The notes beneath the pieces are model-generated. The model worked only from the letters and a program-made list of their open reading frames with translations. It did not search any database and had not been told where the DNA came from. Shown here in pieces: positions 12,996 through 23,099 of a stretch of 64,000 nt of DNA; within the stretch, counting starts at the first letter, position 1, and each line of letters starts with the position of its first letter. Source of the DNA: Iphione sp. A-MEVVRFRX5 (taxonomy: Eukaryota); contig OZ320315.1 of NCBI GenBank assembly GCA_976226885.1, positions 111,600,001 to 111,664,000 on the forward strand, read 5' to 3'. A program made the translations under genes and the position numbers.

Positions 12996-13237
12996 AATGG
13001 AGTGATTAATTGATTGAAGAGATACTAGATGTTATGCTCAAAACAAATTGAGGACTAATAAAGGTATGGATTAGGAGTTAAATGATAAAGGCTAGAGAGC
13101 ATAAATTATTAAATAGATGACTAATAATATAAAGGTAGGGAATAGAGTAGAAATACAAATATGGACAACTGAGCCCAGATCGCAATTATTAACACAGCTT
13201 ACACAAGGACAATAAGACAGACAGAAAAGCTGTGGCA

Positions 13238-13470
13238 GTGCTAACCGATCAACATACTTTGATGAATACTAAACTACACCGTAAGAGTTTGGTATGTACA
13301 CATGATTATCAACAGTCCATCAAATCCGATTACACAGTATCAGTCAGGATTAAGTGCTTACTGATCAATATGCTTGGATAAATCGATAAAGTATTTCACA
13401 GAAGAGGGTTAAGTAAGTACAAGAATATCAGCAGGCCCTCGAATCGGATTACACAATGCTAGTCAGATTG
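13238..13470. repeat. Diverged ~116-bp tandem duplication in the LINE A inter-ORF spacer
   Basis: GTGCT.AC.GATCAA.AT.CTT starts at 13238 and 13354; GATTACACA...AGTCAG ends both units. Confidence 0.6.
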
Positions 13471-13982
13471 TTACATGAATAAGATACAGTGTATACCCTA
13501 TGTTAACACAGAATATGTACATCAACGTTCCACACATATAATGTCATCAAGAATGCTACATGTGAAGTAACTTCAGAGAGAGTTAGAGAAATACAGACAC
13601 AAAATGAGATAACAGTAACAGCAAAGTAGCAATTACAGATCAGTATCAAGAATAATGTGGGGTCAAGTAATTGTAATTTTAAAAATAAGTCCACCTGAGA
13701 AAGAGCCCACTGAGAAGAAAGTTCAGAAAAGTTCAGAAAAGTTCACCTGGCTCTCCTGGTAAGCCGTCAGGTTGTGAGCTAGAAGGCAATATATGCTTGC
13801 CAGGACAGATATCAAAATTTCCTAAGTAGAGGTAGTGTTTAGTATAAAATAGTTGGTGATTAAGGCGTAACTTGTGCATCATAGAAAAGCATCGATCGCC
13901 AGTTCCTGGACATAATACAATCTAGAACAGAATAGATGTTACACATCTGATGCAGTCGTAAGGATATATCAGGCAGTACCAG

Positions 13983-14700
13983 TTAGAAATGCACATGCAT
14001 CAGCGGCCCATTATTAGATATGTGGTAGTATCCATACTGGGCAATGTACTCATGGAGAAACAACCTAATGGAGTAACTCCATTCCCCAATAGTAGCGGCT
14101 TTGGGTCTAAAACCATCCGAGCAGAGATGGCTAAAATTGTTGACTACCTCACCACCACTTGGATGAGAGACAGGCGTGGCGAGTGAACAGGGGAAAACAC
14201 CAATCATGGAAGATGAGGACTCACATCGCAGGTTGTGGATTGCTACAGCTGAGTCCACCTTGAACTGATCCAGTTCATCAATCGAGTCAGGATCCAGGCC
14301 TTGGATGTCAACACTTGCAGCTGTACAGAAAACCACGTGTGGGCCACCGTCAGGACCACTGCTGCAAAAATGATTGATTTTTCCTTGATAATAGTCAAGA
14401 CGTTCTGCATACTGGGCAGGCGAACCTGTGTGTACAGTCCATGTACCATCCACCTTGACAACCCAATCGTACATCCCGCAAGCTATGAGGACAAGATGAA
14501 ATCGCGACACATCAGATATATGTTAACCAACGTGCGATCATCCTATAGGAACCTCTCTTGAGGGTGATAAGATGGATCAAAGTTGGGGGCAGCAGATGCA
14601 GCACTGCTTCCAACTCTTTGAATGCGGGAGCCGACCTGGAGTCAGCCACCACAAGGATCTTCGTCCGATGACTAACTGTATCTTGGTCCGGGTGTCACAT
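13983..14700 (-). pseudogene. LINE A stand-alone SGNH/GDSL hydrolase ORF (early stop plus one frameshift)
   Basis: Block I ILVVADSRS at ~14660-14630 lies in a different frame from block III IACGMYD and block V DGFRP. ATG at 14700 is immediately followed by TGA. Confidence 0.7.
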
Positions 14701-14783
14701 GATCTTAGCTTAAATACAAAAGGAGCAGCATCTCAGTAACACAGAAATAAATATGTGCTTTAATGTTCAATGAACTACAGAAT

Positions 14784-15266
14784 TTAAGACGCAGTCGCAT
14801 ATTCTTTACGAAGATCCATTAGCACAACTCCGACCAGATTTTTCCCAGGCATGTTTACATCGGTTGACCCACTTACGGCCATTGCCAGGTGACCCCCAGT
14901 TCCAAGAATAACATCTCTATCGACAAAGTTCACAATACGCGATCCAGAACCAATCAGAGCATCCTTTGCAGCCAGATTTTTGGAGAAGTATTCCTTGTAC
15001 ATTTTCGTAAGGATTACCTTCAAATTCGAGTCCCATGATGCGCTTATTTTCGTCTTGGAGAATGCCCGTTTCGCCTCAGAATTCGTGCGACAATTATTCA
15101 ACGCATGACCTAATTTCAGATCACGTTCCAGTTCACTACAACGCGAGAACAGGGCGACTTCCGGCGAGTCATAATGTTTACCATCCAGGACGACTGGACC
15201 AATACATTCTGGCGAAAACAGTGAGTTATCTGCATCAAAATTGTATTCATTGTCCATAATGGCCAA
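14784..15266 (-). CDS. LINE A NADAR (YbiA-like) domain, in frame with ORF1
   Basis: VLDGKHYDSPE, SW...L..MYKEYF..N..AK.AL..SG, DRDVILGTG and PGKNLVGVVLMDLR match the NADAR pattern (G.y.s.E...W...KF.N.L.L.TG...D..WG.G...G.N.LG.LM.R). Confidence 0.8.
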   Translation of the reverse strand: MAIMDNEYNFDADNSLFSPECIGPVVLDGKHYDSPEVALFSRCSELERDLKLGHALNNCRTNSEAKRAFSKTKISASWDSNLKVILTKMYKEYFSKNLAAKDALIGSGSRIVNFVDRDVILGTGGHLAMAVSGSTDVNMPGKNLVGVVLMDLRKEYATAS

Positions 15267-15302
15267 GTGAAGGGAGTTGTCCTTTAGAAAATCTGGCAGA
15301 TA

Positions 15303-16442
15303 TTAGGTGTCAAGAGGTGAATACCTCTCACCGTCGATTAGAAGATCAATACCACGCGCGGACGCCATGTGTCCCAGCCCATGTGCTTTGGAGGCTAACC
15401 GCTGATTCCTTTTGTTTACATCCAGCGCAGAGACTGGCAGGTCCTCCTTGATGTAGATTCCCTTTACGCGGAACTTCATAAGCTTGTGCTTATTTCGTAG
15501 AATTATATTGCGCGATTCTATAGAATCCAACAGAACCCCGACTCTAAGGCTATGCGATGTTTCATTGTAGACAACACAGTCAACAAGTTCATTGGGTCGA
15601 ACCCCAGCTGTGAATCTCAATAAATCGGACAGGAACCATTTAAGATTCTGTCGGTTAGCTTTTGGAACTCCATCAATCAGCAGTCTCCTGTTCCGATCAT
15701 TGATTTCGAGACGTGTTAGGTCAGACCGCATCCCTTCATAATTAGCGGACAATGCCCTTAGCTTGTTTTCAATGTCTACTATTTTGCTGTCAAGTGCAGC
15801 ACATCGAAGATTCTCAGCCTTATTGAAAGTAGACTCATTCTTGTCAATTCTAGCCTTCAGCTTGCCCAAGTCCTCCTTAATACCTTCAATATCAGCACTG
15901 AATTTCTCTTCAATTACTTGTAGTCTGCTACTGATCTCTAGTGCAAACTCCATACTGACAACGGATGCACCATTACTATTGACAGGTGTAGATGTCAGCA
16001 AATGATCCAGGCTACTCGGACTACGAAAGGTAGCACTCATTGTACCAATACTATGATCAGGCTCCGTTTCACTTTGAACATGTGATGTACTTGAAGAACA
16101 GGCAACTGAATCAATACCCGATGTAGCAGATTTGGTAGTAAATGTGGTATTGTAGGTATTGTTTGACACTGGGTTCGAATCGGACATAGTACCGTCAGTG
16201 TTGTGACAGGTATTTGTGCTAGACTCGGATACGAATAGCGAACTTACTGTACCAGTATTGTTGCCAGTAACACTCTCGATCACCTTTTCTTTAGTTCCAC
16301 TCACAGTAGTAAAGGTAGAGTTGGCCAGTTCCGCAAGAGTTAGCCTAGTCAGCGCGACCGTTGGGTTCAAACTGACCCTCGTTCTGTCCATCGTGGCGGT
16401 TACCTTACCAGCACACACTTTAGATTGCGATTGTGGAGCCAA
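15303..16442 (-). CDS. LINE A ORF1 (S/T-rich N-terminus, coiled coil, L1-type RRM); first ATG at 16391
   Basis: Heptad region ISSRLQVIEEKF...LTRLEIND, then RNRRLLIDGVP...LRNKHKL...IYIKEDL, typical of LINE ORF1 RRM/CTD. The listed start is TTG. Confidence 0.85.
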   Translation of the reverse strand: MAPQSQSKVCAGKVTATMDRTRVSLNPTVALTRLTLAELANSTFTTVSGTKEKVIESVTGNNTGTVSSLFVSESSTNTCHNTDGTMSDSNPVSNNTYNTTFTTKSATSGIDSVACSSSTSHVQSETEPDHSIGTMSATFRSPSSLDHLLTSTPVNSNGASVVSMEFALEISSRLQVIEEKFSADIEGIKEDLGKLKARIDKNESTFNKAENLRCAALDSKIVDIENKLRALSANYEGMRSDLTRLEINDRNRRLLIDGVPKANRQNLKWFLSDLLRFTAGVRPNELVDCVVYNETSHSLRVGVLLDSIESRNIILRNKHKLMKFRVKGIYIKEDLPVSALDVNKRNQRLASKAHGLGHMASARGIDLLIDGERYSPLDT

Positions 16443-16576
16443 TTAGGGCTCAACATTGCTTTGACTCTTACTAGAGCATGTGCAAGGCATCCTAAGTTGT
16501 TGATACAATCCAAAATAAGGGGTCACGCATCTTGGAGCTATTTAGGATGGCTATTGCCTGGGAGAGCCAGGAACGA

Positions 16577-16600
16577 CACATCTACTCGTCCGCCATCTTG
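16577..16600 (-). promoter_or_regulatory. LINE A 5' internal promoter-like motif (YY1-like CAAGATGGCGG + DPE-like AGATGTG)
   Basis: Motifs lie at the 5' terminus of A; the arrangement is similar in B and C. Confidence 0.55.
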
Positions 16601-16697
16601 GTACCAAAAAAGACAATACATTATCCGTTGAACAGTTAAAATAAGGATAGTTGTAGTATTGTATAGGTAGTAGAGCCTGAACCAAAGACAACGACAT

Positions 16698-16989
16698 AGG
16701 ATTACATCCTTCCCGTCTCATGGTAATATCGATACTAACCTTACGACAATATACTAAAATAATGCGAATCAGGATTATATCCTTCCTTATCCACATAAAA
16801 ATTCTGTGTGTATTAAACTCTATTGATAATATTACTATCTAATAGTCCTTTATGAAGGATTACATCCTGCTTTATTCCGCTTTTCTACTTCTATACGTAC
16901 GTAACTGATTGTCTAGCATAAGGACTTATATTCTCATAGTATTATTTCTCTACTAATTCCAACAGTTCCAGCTACTAGGATTACATCCT
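16698..16989 (-). repeat. Four copies of a 13-nt mini-hairpin AGGAT-TAY-ATCCT in the LINE B 3'UTR
   Basis: Copies at 16698-16710, 16771-16783, 16856-16868 and 16977-16989. Confidence 0.8.
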
Positions 16990-16999
16990 TCCATGTCAT

Positions 17000-19782
17000 T
17001 CAAGGTACATAATAGTTCACAGTTCTCTTCCTACTAGTTCTTAGGCGCTTCCAGAGAGACTTCATTTTACTTTCATTATAATAACTCTCCTCCTTAGTCA
17101 AGTTTTGCCACATCTTCTGAAATCTATGCGTCACTGATCTACGAAATGACTCACTATTAGGATAATTTACCTTTATCTTTCTTTTCAAGCCTTGTCTAGT
17201 GTATCTTTGACATCCCATATTATCATTATCGCCCTTATTTAGTGCGTTATGATAGTATCCCAAACGCAGAACATTTGACTCCATTATACCCTCCATTTCT
17301 CTAAAAACATCATCTCTGCTTGGTTGTTGATTTAATCCCACACATACTCGATAGATTCTTCTTCTAAGAGTAATTAATTTTTCCATTGATCGCCCTGTCA
17401 CATTGATAAGTACAAAATTTGAAAAATCTATAATAGGAAATATCATAGACTTACTCAGGTATAAAGATCTGTTGACAGTTAGGTCTTGTCTTATTGATCG
17501 TAGATGAGCCAATTTACAATAACCTTTCCTTAATATCTCATTAATATATGCATCCCACTTCAGATTCTGATGTATCATAACTCCTAAGTATTTAAAGTTC
17601 TTTACCCATTCTATTATTTTACAGTCTAATTTTACTTCAAAATTATATGTTGTTTTACCAAAAGTAATTGTCATTAACTTGGTTTTCTCCACATTTACTA
17701 GGATTTTGTTTTGAATTGACCATCTGTAAAGTGCCATGATATTTTTCTCTGTGTGCCGCTGTAAATCATATACAGTTTTTCCTACTGAGACTATGGCTAC
17801 GTCATCAGCATACATAAAACATTTTGCATTATGTATTTCTTTGGGTAGGTCATCTATAAATATTAAAAACAATAGGGGTCCCTAATAGACCCTTGTGGGA
17901 CCCCACATGATAAGGACAGTCTATCCGATACTTTATCATTAATTCTTGTTTCCATCCATCTTTCACATAAGTAGACTTTTATTAATGGCACTAAAGACCC
18001 TAATCCTTTTTCCTTCAACTTCTGTAATATGATATTATGATTTACACTATCAAATGCTTTAGAGAAATCTATAAAGCATGTAGCCACTTTCAATTTACTA
18101 TTAAGTGATGTATTTACGTAATCAAGAAATGAATAAATGGCTGTATCCACCCCATGTCCTCGACGAAAACCATGTTGTGCTACATGTATCAAATTATTAT
18201 CTTCCAAGAATGTAATAATTCTACTACATATTATCTTCTCAAGTATCTTTACTGGATAAGGTAATTGGCTTATAGGCCTAAAATTATTAATATCGTACAC
18301 AGTACCAGCCTTATGTAGCAGAGTGACCAATGCTGTTACCCATTCGCACTGAAATTTATGTAATCGGATTATCTCGTTAAATAAGTGCAATAATTCAAAG
18401 TGTGTATTAGAAAAGATAATTTTCAATATCCACGTCGGTATATCATCAATAAGACTAGCCTTGTTCACTGTTACTCCCTTCATTGCCTTTAATAACTCAT
18501 TTGAGGATATTTCTTCCATTTCCATTTCACAAGTCGGTGACCGATTTGAATTATAATCACTGTCACCAATTTTAGCTGCCACTCTCGAGCCTATTGAACA
18601 AAAATATCGATTAAAACTTTGAGCCATTTCCTCATCAGATAATATCTCATTTCTGTCATTTTTTAACATTGGTTTCTTTCGTGCCTTGTTATAACCATAC
18701 GATCGTTTCAGTTTACCCCAAAATGCTAATGGATTATTACGTGATTTATCCAGTTCACTTTCAATTAATTCTCTCTTCAATTGACTAGCCATTGTCCTGA
18801 CTTGATATTTTAATATTCTTGACTCCAAAACTAGCATAGGGCTATTGTTAATTCTTACTTTTTTGATAGCTTGGTGTTTTCTCCTTACTAGATCTAGAAA
18901 TTCACCTGTTACCCACCTTGGGGTATTAGTTCGTCGTCTTACGCGTTTCTTATTAACAAGTCTATGTATTAGTGCCCTAATACGTTCCAGCATTATATTC
19001 CATTTTTCTTGTGTGTCAGTACTTCTATAATAATCTCCCCAACACAATTCATTTACCGACTTTACTAACCGCACTTGATCTAACTTGGAGTAGTTTATAA
19101 TTTCTTGGTTTTCATAACTATGGACCCTTTTGATTTTATTCATTAATATAATTTCTAACATATCATGGTCACTAATAGTTGATTCAATTACCTTTACAAA
19201 AATATCTTCGTTTAAATCACTGATACATAAATCAATGCATGTACGACTTGTCGCAGTAACCCTAGTCGCTTCCTTGACTAGCTGTTTCAGATTTTCCTCT
19301 AACAAAATACTGTTGAGCAATTTTTTATTAGTTGACGTTTCCAACCAATTGACAATCATGTCACCTACCATTAAAATATTGCTCACATTATTAATACTTT
19401 CAAATAAATCAGATACTATTTCAAGAAATCTTTTGAAATTTCCTTTTGGGGGTCTATAGCAACCAATTAGGGTAAACGGTTTTCCACCTTTCCAGTATAA
19501 AGTAAGTTTTATATACTCAATATCCTCTTCAAGTTGACTGACTACATTAGTTACTGCTTCAGCTAGTACATTTGTAATATAAATTAGTATTCCACCTCCA
19601 TGTCTGTTGCGATCACATCTAAACAACTGATAATTATCTATATGTACTACAGCATCCGGGATATCACTACTTAACCAAGATTCTGTTAAAACAAATATAT
19701 CCGGCCTAGTACTTGAAAACAAGAGATGAAATTCATTCAACTTACCGACGACACTGCGTATATTAAGATGATATATTGTCAT
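17000..19782 (-). pseudogene. LINE B ORF2 (APE + RT) with a single frameshift at ~17870
   Basis: HLNIRS, TESWL, YRPP, SDH, NFRPIS, DFSKAFD, GVPQGS then frameshift to FLIFIDDLP...YADD. Confidence 0.92.
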
Positions 19783-20495
19783 ACCTCGTCAGAGCTTATC
19801 CATTATCCAAATCATACATAATGCAGGGGCAGTTCACATCACCTGTTAAATATAGTACTTGAACACATTCATTAATTTTCAATTCAAATGACATTTCTGG
19901 GACTAACATCTTCAACAAAGAAATCATATAAGTACAAAGTATTTTTATATTTAGTAAATTAAATAAAGTAAAGTTGGCTAGCATTTGCCCGCTGCTCCCA
20001 ATCCACATCATTACCTCTTATTCTAGTCCATCTGTTACTGTCAATTCAATATAATTTTTCAACTAATACATATTACTTTAGTGGACGGTGCACAGGAACA
20101 AGTAACTCATATGACATAAAGTCTGAGTTAGTTTATTTCAACAATGTGACATTAGTTATCCCTCATAATAACATAAACAAACTCTTTAACCATAGCGTCC
20201 CAGATATACCAACAAATACGATCGAACACAATTGATTTAGTTACAATCAATAATATCCTGTACGTTATTGTCAATAATCTTAAGCTAGTTTCTTATGAGC
20301 AAATATCATATTAACATAAATACATTTATAATCAAGTATAAAGACCACGCCGCGCACTTGTATTACATACTAGGTACGCGGCTAGTCATTCAACTCAATA
20401 TATATATATTCTAAAACAATAATATTGTGTTCAACATGCCAGTATTACATACCTAGCATGTCATTCTGTCCTAGGTCACAATAATTCAAACAAAT

Positions 20496-21182
20496 CTAGC
20501 GTGAATAGCCATAGATAAGCCGCTCGAGAGCATTTATAATCCTGTGAACCAACCTGTGCTTCCATACTGTCCTCAAGTGACACCCATCATAGTATCTACC
20601 TAACCTATGATGCCATCCACCTTGATTTCTAGTGTGGACAACCATACTTGTCCAAGGAGTTGGTATCCCAAAATAACGATTCATTAACATAATCCTTTGG
20701 TTCAAAGTGATCACAGAAGTCAGTAACATAGACTGAATCATGTGTGACTGTACATCATCGAGCATGTGTCCATTCAACCAACAGTTATATCTGATGTAAT
20801 CCACACAGAAAATAGTGCAAAACATCACTGCTGAGTAGGGGAAACACCATTGAATGGCTTTTCTTGTCATCCAATATACGTATTCCACCTCAGATACTGC
20901 AGTCTCACTATCTCCAAATCGTGGCACCACATACTTGGTCGTCTCGTCTCCCTCACCAGTACGGACACGTATAAGCTTCATCAAATTGTTCCCACCACCA
21001 AGCACTACTATCGTATATGGGTACGGATACCATTCTCCTTGAATTATTGTCTGACATAAATCCTCCAACCTTGCTCCGGGGTAATAATGTACAGTAATAT
21101 ACCACCCCCACATGTCAAACAACTCCTGTAGCCCTCTCCCATGGCTACTAGTAAAAAGGTGTACATGACGGGCATACTCCAT
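20496..21182 (-). CDS. LINE B stand-alone SGNH/GDSL hydrolase (esterase-like), ~228 aa, intact
   Basis: Block I FTSSHGR, block II YPGA, block III VLGGGNN, block V YDGCHL. First ATG at 21182 (the track start at 21200 is TTG). Confidence 0.8.
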   Translation of the reverse strand: MEYARHVHLFTSSHGRGLQELFDMWGWYITVHYYPGARLEDLCQTIIQGEWYPYPYTIVVLGGGNNLMKLIRVRTGEGDETTKYVVPRFGDSETAVSEVEYVYWMTRKAIQWCFPYSAVMFCTIFCVDYIRYNCWLNGHMLDDVQSHMIQSMLLTSVITLNQRIMLMNRYFGIPTPWTSMVVHTRNQGGWHHRLGRYYDGCHLRTVWKHRLVHRIINALERLIYGYSR

Positions 21183-21274
21183 TATATCTGTTGTAAACAA
21201 GCACAGTATTCAGTTCGCAGGAACAAAACGGTCTGAGCCGTCCCCATGCCAATCCAGCTAATTACAGTCACGAC

Positions 21275-22786
21275 TCATTTACCCCCTCCCCTCTTGTAGT
21301 TCACTGTAACACGTTGTAAAATTAGCCCCAACTTATTCTGGCCACGAAAACGACCTGTCTTTAGCTCCTTGGACTTCTTAGTCGCACCTGCCCCCCAAAA
21401 TTGATTTGAAGTTGCTTCAATCAACGATACGTCACCTGTTTTGACCAGATCATCACCAAGTTTTTTGTTACTCAAGAACTTCTGTCTAACAATACCCTCC
21501 ATTATTTTCAGCTTCTGACTCTCCCAGTCGGGTATATTAGGTAGATCTCTTCGGATTATTTTTAGTGCTTGGGGGTCACTTGTGTGCAAACTCAGGGAAT
21601 TTTTTGCTGATACTTTTGCTGCATTACATTTCGCATAAGTGTATGCTTGTTCTGAACTGGAAAATTTTAAACCAGCCCAGGGTACCTCGCAAGGATACAG
21701 GTTTGATAGGAAGGAGCTTCCCCCTGCAAACAACATAAACCCTGAGGCAGAACTCGATATATTTTCACTATTTCTCCCTTCTTGTGAGTCACCTTTCTTC
21801 GAATCAGCTACCTCAAATTCAGCACCCTCCAGGTATTCATTTGTATACCATTGCCCCTCTATCTGTATCTTATCCCCTCGGATAAAAACTTGACTAGTTG
21901 GATTCAGAGTTTTAACCTCTTTTGCAATAGCCCTTAGAGATGATTGTACACGTCGTTGTTCCGGCGTGAGATCTGGATTGATCCAGATATTTCTTCCCTT
22001 CAATCTAGTCTTAGCTCGTAAGACCTGGTCTTTAGTCATTCCTCTCACAAATCGAACAAATATGGAGGGAACCTTAGATTTATCCTTTTTCGGCAATAAG
22101 AACATTTCATCAATATCACCCTCTCCAATCACAACACGTATCGACGAGAAGAGCCTCAGCACATTGTCAAGTAGGGTACCATTAGCATCCAATACAAGCC
22201 CATCTATGTATAGACTATTTTTTCTTGACCTTTTGTCGAGTTCGTCATAGCCCTGTATCGAGGATATTTTACTTTGTTTGTCCTTCATCAAGTTCAATTC
22301 TGCCCTTAATTTAGTATTTTCACTCTTCAAGCTAGTTACAGAGGCTTCCAACTCAGATATCTTTGAAGTATTTTCCCCAATTTTGGTAGTAGCTTGAGTG
22401 ATTTCAGTCCGAAGTGCCGCAATATCAGATGATAATTTATTCAACTCTGACACTGATATTTCTTGATTTTTCAATATTTCAGCCATTTGATTTTGAAATA
22501 ATTCATGAATCTTATCTGGCTCTTCACTCATGCTCATCTCAGTTAATGGACTATTATCCTTTTTACGTTTATTTCGAGCTATATTTGAGTCACCTGCAGG
22601 TGTCGATTGGACACGTGAGAAGAAATTCCATAAACTCTGTTGTTTTGAAGTAGAGGTACTAGAAATTGTTACATTATCAGATAAATCTCCTGTCTTCTGT
22701 GTTTCATTGATTATTTCATTATCAGAAGTAATATCAGAGATATTACCCTCCCCACACTGAACAGAGGTCGATGCAACTGAGGCCAT
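21275..22786 (-). CDS. LINE B ORF1p-NADAR fusion, 503 aa, intact
   Basis: Coiled coil; RRM (RKNSLYIDGL...VRFV...IWINPDLT); C-terminal ~150 aa FLSNLYPC...FSSSEQAY..AK...W...KF..N..L...L.KTG...LIEA...FWGAG...GQNKLGLIL. Confidence 0.9.
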   Translation of the reverse strand: MASVASTSVQCGEGNISDITSDNEIINETQKTGDLSDNVTISSTSTSKQQSLWNFFSRVQSTPAGDSNIARNKRKKDNSPLTEMSMSEEPDKIHELFQNQMAEILKNQEISVSELNKLSSDIAALRTEITQATTKIGENTSKISELEASVTSLKSENTKLRAELNLMKDKQSKISSIQGYDELDKRSRKNSLYIDGLVLDANGTLLDNVLRLFSSIRVVIGEGDIDEMFLLPKKDKSKVPSIFVRFVRGMTKDQVLRAKTRLKGRNIWINPDLTPEQRRVQSSLRAIAKEVKTLNPTSQVFIRGDKIQIEGQWYTNEYLEGAEFEVADSKKGDSQEGRNSENISSSASGFMLFAGGSSFLSNLYPCEVPWAGLKFSSSEQAYTYAKCNAAKVSAKNSLSLHTSDPQALKIIRRDLPNIPDWESQKLKIMEGIVRQKFLSNKKLGDDLVKTGDVSLIEATSNQFWGAGATKKSKELKTGRFRGQNKLGLILQRVTVNYKRGGGK

Positions 22787-23026
22787 TCTAAAAATAGTTA
22801 CCAGTACAAATACACGTGCTATATGTGCAGGTTACGTTGCACGAACCTCCTATTGTCGCTCAAACTTCTTTAAATAGCCGTACAATTAATGTTTCTATTA
22901 TTCTTGCATTATTTTCTACTTTCTTTCAATGCACAATCAATGTATCTTCCCATATAAACTCTCAATAATGCCTAAATGTTCCTGTGCACCTACCTTTTTT
23001 ACAAAAATTGGGAGCGGCAAGCACAC

Positions 23027-23052
23027 CACGTCTACCCCATGCTAGCCATGCA
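23027..23052 (-). promoter_or_regulatory. LINE B 5' promoter-like motif (TGCATGGCT ... AGACGTG)
   Basis: Same motif order and similar spacing as in A and C, ~250 nt upstream of the ORF1 ATG. Confidence 0.45.
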
Positions 23053-23099
23053 CAACGAATATGGTTTCACAAAATCAAGATCTACAAAAGTTGCAATGG

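Larger units (their letters stand above)
10154..16604 (-). mobile_element. LINE A: full-length (~6.45 kb) CR1-group retrotransposon, inactivated by point mutations
   Basis: 5' CAAGATGGCGG at 16600-16590; ORF1, NADAR, SGNH, spacer, APE-RT; 3' AATAAA followed by (TTGAA)6 at 10154-10183. Confidence 0.9.
9579..23058 (-). mobile_element. LINE B: near full-length CR1-group non-LTR retrotransposon (~7 kb net) with LINE A nested in its 3'UTR
   Basis: 5' motif at ~23027-23052, ORF1-NADAR, SGNH ORF, spacer, APE-RT. Distal 3'UTR and AATAAA+(ATTCTTGAA)4 tail at 9579-9620 are assigned to B by inference. No TSD seen. Confidence 0.8.

Noticed and set aside
9570-23070. Target-site duplications for LINEs A and B
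   Set aside because: Flanks were compared and no matching direct repeat was found, so their boundaries rest on tails and 5' motifs only.
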